NCBI GenBank assembly: GCA_964016885.1
Contig: OZ024752.1
Coordinates: 47,368,001 to 47,432,000 of the forward strand
Source: Eledone cirrhosa
Lineage: Eukaryota
Reading direction: 5' to 3'
DNA length: 64,000 bases
In this document: in pieces, positions 27,638-42,703 of the stretch
Numbering within the stretch: the stretch's first letter is position 1
Layout: each line of letters starts with the position of its first letter
Translations under genes and position numbers: made by a program
The notes under the pieces: generated by a model
What the model was told of the DNA's origin: nothing
Database searches by the model: none
What the model saw: the letters and a program-made list of their open reading frames with translations, nothing else

Positions 27638-29012
27638 AGCAGTATTGGTGGTAGTGTTGGTGGTTATAGTAGCCGTATTGGTGGTAGTGTTGGTGGTTAT
27701 AGAAGTAGTATTGGTGATAGTGTTGGTGGTTATATTAACAGTACTGGTGGTAGTGTTGGTGGTTATAGAAGCAGTATTGGTGGTAGTGTTGGTGGTTATA
27801 GAAGCAGTATTGGTGGTAGTGTTGGTGGTTATATTAACAGTATTGGTGGTAGTGTTGGTGGTTATATTAACAGTACTGGTGGTAGTGTTGGTGGTTATAG
27901 AAGCAGTATTGGTGGTAGTGTTGGTGGTTATATTAGCAGTACTGGTGGTAGTGTTGGTGGTTATAGTAGCAGTATTGGTGGTAGTGTTGGTGGTTATAGT
28001 AGCAGTATTGGTGGTAGTGTTGGTGGTAGTGTTGGTGGTTATAGAAGCAGTATTGGTGGTAGTGTTGGTGGTTATATTAACAGTACTGGTGGTAGTGTTG
28101 GTGGTTATAGAAGCAGTATTGGTGGTAGTGTTGGTGGTTATAGAAGCAGTATTGGTGGTAGTGTTGGTGGTTATAGAAGCAGTATTGGTGGTAGTGTTGG
28201 TGGTTATAGAAGCAGTATTGGTGGTAGTGTTGGTGGTTATAGAAGCAGTATTGGTGATAGTGTTGGTGGTTATATTAACAGTACTGGTGGTAGTGTTGGT
28301 GGTTATAGAAGCAGTATTGGTGGTAGTGTTGGTGGTTATAGAAGCAGTATTGGTGGTAGTGTTGGTGGTTATAGAAGCAGTATTGGTGGTAGTGTTGGTG
28401 GTTATAGAAGCAGTATTGGTTGAAGTGTTGGTGGTTATAGAAGTAGTATTGGTGGTAGTGTTGGTGGTTATAGAAGCAGTATTGGTGGTAGTGTTGGTGG
28501 TTATAGTAGCCGTATTGGTGGTAGTGTTGGTGGTTGTAGAAGCAGTATTGGTGGTAGTGTTGGTGGTTATAGAAGCAGTATTGGTGGTAGTGTTGGTGGT
28601 TATATTAACAGTACTGGTGGTAGTGTTGGTGGTTATATTAGCAGTATTGGTGGTAGTGTTGGTGGTTATATTAGCAGTATTGGTGGTAGTGTTGGTGGTT
28701 ATAGAAGCAGTATTGGTGGTAGTGTTGGTGGTTATATTAACAGTATTGGTGGTTATAGAAGCAGTATTGGTGGTAGTGTTGGTGGTTATATTAACAGTAC
28801 TGGTGGTAGTGTTGGTGGTTATAGAAGCAGTATTGGTGGTAGTGTTGGTGGTTATAGAAGCAGTATTGGTGGTAGTGTTGGTGGTTATAGAAGCAGTATT
28901 GGTGGTAGTGTTGGTGGTTATAGAAGCAGTATTGGTGGTAGTGTTGGTGGTTATAGAAGCAGTATTGGTGGTAGTGTTGGTGGTTATAGAAGCAGTATTG
29001 GTGGTAGTGTTG
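27638..29012. repeat. 33-bp minisatellite (GCAGTATTGGTGGTAGTGTTGGTGGTTATAGAA)
   Basis: Direct reading. Confidence 0.95.
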
Positions 29013-29239
29013 GCGATAGTACCAGTATTTTGCTGGTGATGTTAGTGATAGTAGTAGTTGTAGTAGTAGTAGTAGTAGTAGTAGTAGTTGTTTCAGTGTT
29101 ATTTATGGGGTGTATAGGTGGGGCATAGGTGGTGGTGTTGGTGGTGGTGGGGGAGGGGATGGTATTGGTGCTACTGTTGCAGTCAAAATCAGTGCTGGGG
29201 TGTTGTGGTGATGATGATGATGATGTTCTTACTACTAGG

Positions 29240-32200
29240 CAGAGGTGGTGGTAGTGGCAGTGGTTGGGTGGTAGTGGTTGGGTGGTAGTGGTTGGGTGGT
29301 AGTGGTTGGGTGGTAGTTGTATTGTGCATATGGTGTTTGTGTTAGTGAAGCTGGTGGTAGTGGTGGCCGTGGTGATGGTGGTGGTGGTGATGATGGTGAT
29401 GATGGTGATGGTGGTGATGGTGGTGATGGTGATGGTGGTGATGGTGGTGATGGTGATGATGATGGTGATGATGGCGGTGGTGGTGGTGATGGTGGTGGTG
29501 GCGGTGGTGATGATGGTGATGATGGTGATGGTGGTGATGATGGTGATGGTGGTGATGGTGGTGATGGTGATGATGGTGGTGATGGTGATGATGATGGTGG
29601 TGATGGTGATGATGATGGTGGTGATGGTGTTGGTGATGATGGTGATGGTGTTGATGGTGGTGATGATGGTGATGATGGTGTTAGTGGTGATGGGGATGGT
29701 GATGGTGGTGATGGTGGTGATGATGGTGGTGATGGTGGTGATGGGGATGGTGTTGGTGTTGGGGATGATGATGGCATGATGGTGGTGATGATGGTGATGG
29801 TGGTGGTGGTGTTGGTGATGATGGTGATGGTGGTGGTGGTGATGGTGATGGCATGATGGTGGTGATGATGGTGATGGTGGTGGTGGTGTTGGTGATGATG
29901 GTGATGGTGGTGATGGGGATGGTGATGGCATGGTGATGGTGGTGATGGTGATGGTGGTGGTGATGATGGTGATGGTGTTGATGGTGGTGATGGTGGTGGT
30001 GATGGTGGTGGCATGATGGTGTTAGTGGTGGCAGTTGAGGTTTTCACTTTGGTATGATGACAATGCCGCTGCTGCTGTTTAGCCCTAGGCCAACCTCTAC
30101 CATCCCGACTAATCATATCTACTTATCATTATTGGTGTCCCAGCTGTGACTACCTTTCTCTTCTCGTTAGCGTGTATATAGAAGATGGTGGTGGTGGTGG
30201 TGTCGGTGGTGGTGTTGGTGGTGATGATGGTGGTGGTGGTGGTGTTGGTGGTGGTGGTGGTGGTGTTGGTGGTGGTGGTGGTGGTGGTGTTGGTGGTGGT
30301 GGTGGTGGTGGTGTTGGTGGTGGTGGTGGTGTTGGTGGTGGTGGTGGTGTTGGTGGTGGTGGTGGTGGTGGTGTCGGTGGTGGTGTTGGTGGTGGTGGTG
30401 GTGGTGTTGGTGGTGGTGGTGTTGGTAGTGATGGTGTTGGTATTGGTAGTGATGGTGTTGGTGTTGGTGTTGGTAGTGATGGTGTTGGTGGTGTTGGTGT
30501 TGGTGCTGTTGGTTGTGTTGTTGGTGGTGTTGATGTTGGTGTTGGTGGTGTTGTTGGTGTTGGTGATGTTGGTGTTGGTGGTGGTGTTGTTGGTAGTGAT
30601 GGTGATGTTGGTGTTGGTGGTGGTGTTGTTGGTGTTGGTGGTGTTGGTGGTAGAGTGATGGTGGTGGTGGTGTTGATGGTGTTGGTGGTGGTGTTGTTGG
30701 TGTTATTGGTAGTGATGGTGGTGTTGGTGTTGGTGGTGTTGGTGTTGGTGGTGTTGGTAGGTGGCGTTGATGGTGGTGCTGGCAAGATGTTATTGTCCAT
30801 TGTATTCTTTCTTTCTTTCTTTCTTTCTTTAAAAAAAACAACAACAAAACACTAGGGTATAATCTGAGGTAGATCTGGCTGCTATTTCTAGCTGGCAGTT
30901 CGACTATATAGAGGTTTGCTCATTGACATTGAGGTTGATGTTATTGTTGGTAGTGTTGGTAGCCATTATTGCAGTTGGTGTTGGTCTTGTTGTCTTTAGT
31001 GTTGCAGTTAGTGGGAGAGGTGAGGGTGGGGGGGGATTGACTGTTATTGTTGGTGGTAGAGGTGGGGGTAGAGGTGGTGGTGGTGGTGGGGGGTTGGACT
31101 GATGGTAATGGTGGTGGTGGTGGTGGGGGTCGTCGTGGTGGTGGGTGGGGATGGAGTGACTTATTGTTGGTGGTAGAGGTGGTGGGGGTAGGGGTGGTGG
31201 TGGTGGTGGTGGGGGGGGGGGGGGGGGGGGTTGGACTGATGGTGGTGGTCGTCGTGGTGGGGGTGGGGATGGAGTGATTGGTTATTGTTGGTGGTAGAGG
31301 TGGTGGGTGGAGGTGGTGGTGGGGGTTGGAATGGTGGTAGTGGTGGTGGAGGTCGTGGTGGTGGTGGTGGGTGGGGATGGAGTGATTGGTTATTGTTGGT
31401 GGTAGAGGTGGTGGGGTGGTGGGGGTGGTGGGGAGTTGGAATGGTGGTAATGGTGGTGGTGGTGGTGGTGGTGCTGGGGGTCGTCGTGGTGGTGGGTGGG
31501 GATGGAGTGATTGGTTATTGTTGGTGGTAGAGGTGGTGGGGTGGTGGGGGTGGTGGGGTGGTGGGGGTGGTGGGGAGTTGGAATGGTGGTAGTGGTGGTG
31601 GTGGAGGTAGTATGGATGGTGTTGGGTGGGGTGGGGTGGGGGGGTGGGGGTGATAGGGAAGGGTAGGGATGGAGTGACTGTTATTGTTGGTGGTAGAGGT
31701 GGTGGTGGGGGTGGGAGGTAGTATGGACGGTGGTGGTGGTGGTGGTGGTGGTGGTGGTGGGTGTGAAAGTGCTGGAAGGAATGTTACTGATGTATTGGTA
31801 GTTGCTGTTGGCACTGATGTGATTAGTGGTGGAGGTGGTGTTGGTGGTAGTGGTGGTGGAGGTGGTAGTGGTGTTGGTGGTAGTGGTGGTGGAGGTGGTG
31901 TTGGTGTTGGTGGTAGTGGTAGTGCTGGTGTTGGTGGTAGTGGTGGTAGAGGTGGTGTTGGTGTTGGTGGTGTTGGTGGTAGTGCTTGTTTGGGCAATTA
32001 ATGTTGGTGTTGGTGGTAGTGGTGGTGCTGGTGTTGGTGGTAGTGGTGATAGAGGTGGTGTTGGTGTTGGTAGTGTTGGTGGTAGTGCTTGTTTGGGCAA
32101 TTAATGTTGGTGTTGGTGGTAGTGGTGGTGCCTGTAGTGGTACTGTTGTAGGTGTTGGTGCTGGTAGTGATGGTGGTGGCAATGGTGTTGTTGGTGATGG

Positions 32201-34230
32201 TGTTGGTGATGGTAGTGGTGGTGTTGTTGGTGATGGTGTTGGTGATGGTAGTGGTGGTGTTGTTGGTGATGGTGTTGGTAGTGATGGCTTTGGTGGTGGT
32301 GGTGGTGGTGGTGGTGGTGTCGGTAATGGTACTGTTGTTGGTGGTGGTGCTGGTGTTGGTGATGGTGTTGGTGATGGTGATGGTGTTGGTAGTGATGGCT
32401 TTGGTGGTGGTGGTGGTGGTAGATGCTGTTGTTGCTGTTGGTAGTGTTGGTGTTGGTAGTGAGGTTGATGGTGATGGTGTTGTGGTAGTGTAGGTGATGG
32501 TGTTGTTGTTGTAATCACTGTCACTTGCAGTGGTGTTGGTGGTAGTGGGTGGTGGTTGTAGTAGGTGTTGGTTGTAGTAGGTGTTGGTTGTAGTGGGGGA
32601 CGTAGTGGAGTTGTAGTGCTACTGTCATTGGTATAGTTGGTAGTAATGGTGCTGGTGTGGGTGGTAGTAGTAGTGGTGTTGTAGTTGGCAATGGTGCTGG
32701 TGTGGGTGGTAGTAGTAGTGGTAGTGGAGGGTGTTGTAGTTGGCAGTGGGTGGTGTTGGTAGTTGTTTAATTGCTGAAGGTAGTGGTGGAGGTGGTAGTT
32801 GTTTAATTGTTGGCGGTAGTGGCAGTGGTGGCGGTGTTGGTGGAGGTGTTGTGTCATGTGGTGTGTGGGTGGTAGCGGCTGTTAAAATTTTTGTTTTTCC
32901 ATTCGTAGTATAGGACATGATGGTGATGATGGTGGTGATGATGATGGTGATGATGGTGGTGGTGGTGATGGCGATGATGGTGATGGTGATGATGGTGGTG
33001 ATGGTGATGGTGGCGATGGTGATGGTGGTGATGGTGATGGTGATGATGGTGGTGATGGTGATGATGATGGTGATGGTGATGATGGTGATGATGGTGGTGA
33101 TATTGGTGATAGCAATTGTGATAGTGATGATGGTGGTGCTGGTAGCAATTCTGATGGTGTTGGTGGTGATGATGATGTTGGTGATTGCAATTGGAAAGCT
33201 GGTGGTGGTGGTGGTGGTGGCGGTGTTGATGTTAGTGGTGGTGGTAGTGGTGGTGGTGGTAGCGATGGTGATGGTGTTCGTAGCGATGATGTTGGTGGCT
33301 GCAATTGGGAAGATGGTGGTGGTGGTGGTGGTGGTGGTGATGTTGGTGATGGTGATGATGTTAGTGATGGCTGTGGTGATGATGTAGGTGGTGATGGTGT
33401 TAGTGGAGATGGTGATGTTGGTGATGGTGATGATGTTTACGATGGTAGTGGTGATATTTTGGTGATGTTGGTGATGTTGGTGGTAATGGTGGTAATGGTT
33501 ATAGAAATGGTGGTGGTGGCGGTGGTTATTGTAGTGGTGATGGTGGTGGTGGCGGTGGTTATTGTAATGGTGGAGGTGGTGATGGTGGTGGTAATGGTTA
33601 TAGAAATGGTGGTGGTGGTGGTGGTGGTGGCGGTGGTTATTGTAATGGTGGAGGTGGTGATGGCGGTGGTGGCGCTGATGGAGTTGGTAGTGGAAACGGC
33701 AATAATAATGATGGAGGTATGAAATACTAATCACGAATGTGATGTTGGTAATGGCGGTGATGGTATTGGTAGTGTTGGTGGTGGTGGTGGTGGTGGTGGT
33801 GGTGGTAATGGTGGTGTTGGTGTTGGTAGTGTTGGTGGTGGTGGTGGTGGTGGTGGTGGTGGTAATGGTGGTGTTGGTGTTGGTAGTGTTGGTGGTGGTG
33901 GTGGTGGTGGTAATGGTGGTTTTGGTGTTGGTGGTGATGGTGTTGGTATTGGTGGTGATGATGTTGGTATGGTGGTGATGGTGTTGGTATTGGTGGTGAT
34001 GGTGTTGGTATGGTGGTGATGGTGTTGGTATTGGTGGTGATGGTGTTGGTGGTGTTGGTATTGGTGGTGATGATGGTGGTAATGATGGTGTTGGTGGTGT
34101 TGATGGTGGTAATGATGGTGATGGTGTTGGTATTGGTGGTGATGGTGTTGGCATGGTGGTGGTATTGGTATGGTGTTGGTGGTGGTGGTGGTGATAGTAT
34201 TGGTGATGGTGGTGATGGTGGTGGTGATAT
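29240..34230. repeat. Extended (GGT/GAT/GTT)n low-complexity domain
   Basis: Direct reading, with local duplications. Confidence 0.85.
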
Positions 34231-34639
34231 TTATGTCTGTCCATTGCTGCAGTTTGTGCAATGGCAGTTGGTTTCAGTAATAGTAGTAGTAATAGTAGTT
34301 GTAGTAGTAGTAGTGTCACTACCACTACTACCACCACCACCACCACTACTAGTAGTACTACTACTACTACCATCACCTCCAGAGATCAGTTTTTACTAAG
34401 GCAAGGGGACACTCAGTAACCAATGAGACATTGGTGAAGGGGTGGGGGACAAAGGTGTGGTGGTGTGGTGTGGTGTGGTGGTGTGGTGTGGTGTGGTGGT
34501 GTGGTGTGGTGGTGCAGTGTGGTGGTGCAGTGTGGTGAACAGATGCAGGCCGATTGCAACTGAATCTCTTACACCCCTCCCCTGCCGCCCCTCCCACACA
34601 AACCCCAGCTTGAAGTTTGAGTAAAATAAAACTAAACAG

Positions 34640-37020
34640 TACCCTCCTCCCCTTCCTCCTACTACTACTACTACTACTTACTCTCTCTCTCCCTTATCTC
34701 TCTATTGGTTACTTCCTCTCTGTTACTCTCACTCTCTCCCTCTTTCCCTCTTTCTCTCTCTCTCATATAATGTCCATGTTTCTCAATTGGTCACCCTCTC
34801 TCTCTCTCTCTATATATATATCTATCACTCACTCCCTCTCGCTCTCTCTAACCCCCTCTCTCTCATATAATGTCCATGTTTCTCAATTGGTCACTCTCTC
34901 TCTCTATATATATATATCTATCACTCTCTCTCTCTCTAACCCCCTCTCTCACATATAATGTCCATGTTTCTCAATTGGTCACTCCCCCTCTCTCTCTATA
35001 TATATATCTATCACTCTCTCTCTCTATCTCCCACTCACACACTCTCTCTCTCTCTTTCTACTACCTCCCCCCTCTCTCATATAATGTCCATGTTTCTCAA
35101 TTGGTCACTCCCCCCCCCCTCTGTTTCTCCCTGCACCAATTTATCTCTCACTTACACTCTCTCCTTTTCTCTATCTGCCTCTCTATCTTTTAATCCAATC
35201 TCCATTGGCCAACCTCTCTCTCTCTCTCTATCTCTCCCCCCTCTCTCCCTGTTGGCCAATCTCTCTCTCCTCTCTCTCCCCTCTCTCTATCTCTCCCCTC
35301 TCCCTATCTATCTCCCCCCTCTCTAACTATCTCTCCCCCCTCTCTCCCTGTTGGCCAATCTCTCTCTCCCCTCTCTCTATCTCTCCCACTTCTCTCTATC
35401 TATCTCTCCCCCCCCTATTCTCTCTTTGTCTATTTGTCCCTTGCTCACCTCCTCCTCCCCTCTCACAATACCTTACACTCTCTCTCCCACTCTCACCCAT
35501 CTCTCTCTATCACTATACCTACCTGACTGTTTATCTCTCTCACTCCCTCTCTCTATTACAATGTCTCTCTCCCCCCTTTCTCTGTCTGTCTGTCTGTTAG
35601 TTTCTTTCTCACCTCTCTTATTTCTCTCTATCTTTCTCTCTTTCAACTCCCCCTCTCAATTCACACCTGTTCCCTCCTCCTCCTTCTTTTCTTGCTATCT
35701 TTCTTACATTGATTTATCTTCCTTTCTTTCTCTCCCCTCTCTCTTATTCTATCCTCTCTCTCCCCTCTCTCTCATTCTATCCTATCTTCTCTCTCATTCT
35801 ATCCTCTCTTCTCTCTACCCCTCTCTCTTTTCTCTCTCTTCCCTCTCATTCTATCCTCTCTCTTTTCTCTCTTTCCCCTCTCTCTCATTCTATCCTCTCT
35901 TCTCTCTCTCGCCCCCTCTCTCTTTTCTCTCTGTCTCTCTTTTCTCTCTTTTCTCTCATTCTATCCTCTCTCTTTTCTCTCTCTCTCCTCTCTAACCCTG
36001 CTTTACCTCTCTTCTTTGAGAAAAGGCAAAGAGAAAGAAGGAGACATTTTTCTGTCTGTCCGTCTCTCTGTTTGTCTGTCTGTCTGTCCGTCTGTCTGTT
36101 TGTCTTCTTGTCACCCAATTTTACTCTCTCAACTTTATATACCATCTATCATATAGACACACACATACACACAGACATACACTGTCACACACACACACAC
36201 TGTCACATACACACACACACACACATACACATAACAAAAGTGAAACCAGAGAGGATGGGGGGTACGGGACCAACAGTTAAGGTGAACATTTTTGCACTCC
36301 CACCACTACACTACCAAATTCTTCATCTTCTCATCCTCCCCACCTCCTTTCTTCCACACTACCACCCACTACCCTATCCTCTCTCTCACTCTCTCTCAGC
36401 CTCTCTCTCACTCTCTCAGCCTCTCACTCTCTCTCTCTGTCTCATATAATGTCCATGTTTCTCTATTGGTCACTCCCCCTCTCTCTGTTTCTCCCTTCAA
36501 CATTTCATCTCCCACTACCACTCTCTCTCTCTATCTTTAATCCAATCTATGTTTCTCCATTGGCCAACCTCTCTCTCTTCCTCTATATCTTTCTCTCTCT
36601 CTCCCCCTCTCTATCTTTCATACAATGTCTCTCTCTCTCTCTCTCTCTCTCTTAGCCTCTCCGTCCCAGATCACTCTCTGTATAATTCTCCCCCATGTCA
36701 TCTCCCCCCCCCCCCCCGACATCCCCCTCCCCATCATTACCACCACTACTACCATCTCCACCATGTCATCTCTATCCACCCCGCACCACCCTCCCCCACC
36801 CCTGACATTACCCCTCCCATTACCACCACTACTGCCATCTCCACCATGTCATCTACTTCCACCCCTTCCTCCTTCACCTCCCGCCCCACCCCTTACACTA
36901 CCCACCCACCACCCCCTCTACCATTACCACCACTACTGCCATCTCCACCATGTCATCTACTTCCACCCCTCCTCCTCCACCCCTTACACTACCCCCACCC
37001 CCTCTACTGCCATCTCCATC
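34640..37020. repeat. CT-rich tract with a recurring CATATAATGTCCATGTTTCTCAATTGGTCAC block
   Basis: Block at about 34764, 34864, 34952, 35078 and a variant at 36443. Confidence 0.8.
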
Positions 37021-37409
37021 ATCAGTCACCAACCAACCAACTAACCACCAACAAATTTACTAAATATTGATTTCTTCCTTACACAACACAAATAAGGACA
37101 TGTCCTCCCCCACCCTCCATATCTTGGTAGAATTATGAGGGAGGGAGGGAGAGAGAGAGGGGAGAGGGCGAGAGAGAGAGTATGATGTTGTGGCCTTCAT
37201 TATCTCACATACCTCCACCACCACCACCACCACCACCACTGTCACCAACACCAGCACCACCACCACTGTCACCAACACCAGCACCAAATTCAAATAAATA
37301 CAAACCCCTGTCCATTTTCACTCTCCACCCCCACCCCATACTTGGTAGAATTATGAGAGAGAGTGAGAGAGAATATGATGTTGTAGCCTTTATTATTTCA
37401 CATACCTTC

Positions 37410-37440
<31 letters not shown>

Positions 37441-37471
37441 CCACGAAATATTGATAACAACAAATAAACAG

Positions 37472-37948
<477 letters not shown>

Positions 37949-38003
37949 ATATATATATATACAATATATTAACAAATGGAAACTATATTTATAAAACCAT
38001 ATT

Positions 38004-38073
38004 TATTTTATTATACATATTTCAAGGGCCACCCACCAAGGCAAATTATGGTGCGCTTTCATCAGATAAAATA
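38004..38073 (-). ncRNA. Type I hammerhead ribozyme (inverted copy, 4-nt duplication in stem II)
   Basis: Reverse complement of 38185-38250. Confidence 0.75.
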
Positions 38074-38184
38074 CAATACAGATTTGGTTTATAAATAAAT
38101 ATTGACTATCCAGGAAGCTCCAACCATTAAGGTTGTCTTTTTTCAAGGTATGTCAATATTTATTTATAAAACTAATCTGTATTG

Positions 38185-38250
38185 TATTTTATCTGATGAA
38201 AGCGCACCATAATTTGCCTTGGTGGCCCTTGAAATATGTATAATAAAATA
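38185..38250 (+). ncRNA. Type I hammerhead ribozyme
   Basis: Stem I TATTTTAT/ATAAAATA; CTGATGA 38193-38199; stem II 38200-38230; GAA; self-complementary stem III ATATGTAT; predicted AUA cleavage after 38242. Confidence 0.8.
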
Positions 38251-38534
38251 AATATGGTTTTATAAATATAGTTTCCATTTGTTAATATATTGTATATATA
38301 TATATATATATATCTTTCTGTTTGTATATATATATATACACAAACAGAAAAATATATATACAAACAGAAAGATATATATATATATATATACAAATATATA
38401 TATATATATATACACACAAACAGAAAGATATATATACAGTATATGTATATAAACTCCTCCATGAAACTATATTTTTGTATGTTTGTTAACCCTGATGGCA
38501 TTGCATTATGTTGCACTGGTTTGTTGCAACAACT

Positions 38535-39118
38535 GCACATCATGTTACACATCATATTACACATCATGTTACATATCATGTTACACACCATGTTAGACAC
38601 CATGATACACACCATGTTACACACCATGTTACACATCATGTTACACACCATGTTACACATCATATTACACATCATGTTACATATCATGTTACACACCATG
38701 TTACACACCATGATACACACCATGTTACACACCATGTTACACATCATGTTACACACCATGTTACACACCATGTTACACATCATGTTACACACCATGTTAC
38801 ACACCATGCTACACATCATGTTACACATCATGTTACACATCATATTACACATCATATTACACACCATGTTACACACCATGTTACACACCATGTTACACAC
38901 CATGTTACACACCATGTTACACATCATGTTACACATCATATTACACACCATGTTCCACACCATGTTACACACCATGTTACACATGCTACACACCATGTTA
39001 CACACCATGTTACACATCATGATACACACCATGATACACACCATGTTACACACCATGTTACACATGTTACACACCATGTTACACACCATGTTACACATCA
39101 TGTTACACATCATGTTAC
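38535..39118. repeat. 12-bp minisatellite (CATGTTACACAC)
   Basis: Direct reading. Confidence 0.95.
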
Positions 39119-39234
39119 AACCTTCTTAGATCTAAACAACTTCTACGTGAAACTATCTCCAAATCTCACAAAACATACAACATACTAATGGGGGGAAAAA
39201 ACCTAAATAGAAAAAAAAGGTGTTTGTGAAGTAG

Positions 39235-40096
39235 ATGTGTGTGGTATGGTGTTGTGTGGTGGTGGTGTGGTGGTGGTGGTGTGGTGGTGGTGGTGTGGTG
39301 GTGGTGGTGTGGTGGTGGTGGTGTGGTGGTGGTGGTGTGGTGGTGGTGGTGTGGTGGTGGTGTGGTGGTGTGGTGAGCGTGTGGTGGTGGTGTGGTGGTG
39401 TGGTGGTGGTTTTGTGGTGTGGTGGTGTGGTGGCCTGGTGATGTGGTGTAGTAGGCTGGTGGCCTGGTGGTGTGGTGGCCTGGTGGTGTGGTTTAGTAGC
39501 CTGGTGGTGTGGTGTGGTTTAGTAGCCTGGTGGTGTGGCCTGGTGGTGTGGTTTAGTAGCCTGATGGTGTGGTGTAGTAGGCTTGGGGTGTGGTGTGGTG
39601 GCCTTGGGGTGTGGTGTGGTGGCCTGGTGGTGTGGTTTAGTAGCCTGGTGGTGTGGTGTAGTAGGCTTGGGGTGTGGTGTGGTGGCCTGGTGGTGTGGTT
39701 TAGTAGCCTGGTGGTGTGGTGGCCTGGTGGTGTGGTTTAGTAGCCTGGTGGTGTGTTGTGGTGGCCTGGTGGTGTGGTGGCCTGGTGGTGTGGTTTAGTA
39801 GCCTGGTGGTGTGGTGGCCTGGTGGTGTGGTTTAGTAGCCTGGTGGTGTAGTAGCCTGGTGGTGTGGTGTAGTAGGTTGGTGGTGTGGTGTGGTGGCCTG
39901 GTGGTGTGGTGGCCTGGTGGTGTGGTGGCCTGGTGGTGTGGTGTAGTAGGCTGGTGGTGTGTTGTGGTGGCCTGGTGGTGTGGTGGCCTGGTGGTGTGGT
40001 GTAGTAGCCTGGTGGTGTGTTGTGGTGGCCTGGTGGTGTGGTGTAGTAGGCTGGTGGTGTGGTGTGGTGGCCTGGTGGTGTGGTGTGGTGGTGTGG
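39235..40096. repeat. GTGGT-based repeat with GGCCTGGTGGTGTGGT and TAGTAGCC units
   Basis: Direct reading. Confidence 0.9.
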
Positions 40097-40237
40097 TACA
40101 CAGTCTTGTCAGACCTATGAAAGGCAATGCTAACAGCTCTGGAAAAAACAGCTGGAGTTGAAATGTTAGGAGTGAATGTGGAGATAGAAAATAAAAGTAA
40201 AACACAAACAAAATAACTTATCTATAATGAGAATAGT

Positions 40238-40269
<32 letters not shown>

Positions 40270-40288
40270 CTGTGTGTGTGTGTGTGTC

Positions 40289-40358
<70 letters not shown>

Positions 40359-40426
40359 TATATATATATATATATTCATATATATATATATACATATACA
40401 TACACATATATTATATATAAATATAT

Positions 40427-40463
<37 letters not shown>

Positions 40464-40492
40464 AATATATATATATACATACATATATATAC

Positions 40493-40567
<75 letters not shown>

Positions 40568-40583
40568 TACATATATCTCTCTT

Positions 40584-40623
<40 letters not shown>

Positions 40624-40624
40624 C

Positions 40625-40655
<31 letters not shown>

Positions 40656-41051
40656 CACATATATACATATATCTCTCTTTCTCTCTCTCTATATATATAT
40701 ATATGTATATATACATATACGTATATATATATATATGTGTGTGTATAGATAACAAGAAAACACCACCACCACCACCATTAACAATTGCAGAAAAGGTGCA
40801 ATGTGATGCATATGGAGGGCAGAGCTTAATTAGCAAGGTAAGAATGATGCAAACATCATAGGATAACATAACACACCACCACGGCCACACCACACCCCAC
40901 CCCACCACCACCACCATGGCCACACTGCCGCACCACCACCCCACCCCACCACCACCACCACCCTAGTCTCAGTAAACTGGTTTGTTTGATGCTGCCCTTT
41001 CAAAAATGGTTTCATTTACTGTTTACGTAAAGAACTTTCCATTTTGTTACT

Positions 41052-42131
41052 CAACAACCACCACCACACCACTACAGCACCAGCACCACCACCACTACAG
41101 CACCACCACCACCACACCACTACAGCACCAGCACCACCACCACTACAGCACCACCACCACCACACCACTACAGCACCAGCACCACCACCACTACAGCACC
41201 ACCACCACCACCACCACCACCATTCCACCACACCACTCCACCACCACAACAACCATTCCCCCCCCACCACCACCACCATTCCACCACAACAACCATTCCA
41301 CCACCACCACCACAACAACAACCATTCCACCACCACAACAACAACCATTCCACCACCACAACAACAACCATTCCACCACCACCACCACGATTCCACCACC
41401 ACCACCACAACAACAACAACCATTCCACCACCACAACAACAACCATTCCACCACCACCACCACGATTCCACCACCACCACCACAACAACAACAACCATTC
41501 CACCACCACCACACCACTCCACCACCACAACAACCATTCCTCCACCACCACCACCACCACCATTCCACCACCATTCCACCACCACCACAACAACCATTCC
41601 TCCACCACCACCACCACCACCATTCCACCACCATTCCACCACCACAACAACAACCATTCCACCACCACCACCACCATTCCACCACCATTCCACCACCACA
41701 ACAACAACCATTCCACCACCACCACCACAACCATTCCACCACCACCACCACCACAACCATTCCACCACCACCACCACCACAACAACCATTCCACCACCAC
41801 CATTCCACCACCACCACCACCATCACAACAACCATTCCACCACCACCATTCCACCACCACCACCACCATCACAACAACCATTCCACCACCACCATTCCAC
41901 CACCACCACCACCATCACAACAACCATTCCACCACCACCATTCCACCACCACCACCACCATCACAACAACCATTCCACCACCACCATTCCACCACCACCA
42001 CCACCATCACAACAACCATTCCACCACCACCATTCCACCACCACCACCACCATCACAACAACCATTCCACCACCACCATTCCACCACCACCACCACCATC
42101 ACAACAACCATTCCACCACCACCATTCCACC
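41052..42131. repeat. (CCA)n-derived minisatellite with CCATTCCACC and ACAACAA units
   Basis: Direct reading. Confidence 0.9.
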
Positions 42132-42174
42132 AGGAATTCGAACTTGGAACTCTCCAACACTACCACCACCACTA

Positions 42175-42218
42175 CACATAATATATATACATATATATAT
42201 ACATACATATATATATAT

Positions 42219-42299
<81 letters not shown>

Positions 42300-42546
42300 G
42301 ATATATACACATACATACATAGATATATATATAGATATATACACATACATACATATATATATATTTATATATATATATATATATATATAGATATATACAC
42401 ATTCATATATATATATATAGATATATACACATACATACATAGATATATATATAGATATATACACATACATACATATATATATATTTATATATATATATAT
42501 ATATATATAGATATATACACATTCATATATATATATATAGATATAT

Positions 42547-42577
<31 letters not shown>

Positions 42578-42658
42578 GATATATACACACACATATATAT
42601 ATATACACATACATATATACATATATATATAGATATATACACACACATATATATATAT

Positions 42659-42703
<45 letters not shown>

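Larger units (their letters stand above)
37961..38293. mobile_element. Palindromic element with two inverted hammerhead ribozymes
   Basis: Arms 37961-38106 and 38152-38293, 45-nt spacer, flanked by (TA)n. Confidence 0.8.

Noticed and set aside
40791-40837. Candidate micro-exon ([15 protein letters not shown], donor GTAAGA)
   Set aside because: No polypyrimidine tract and no recognisable homology.
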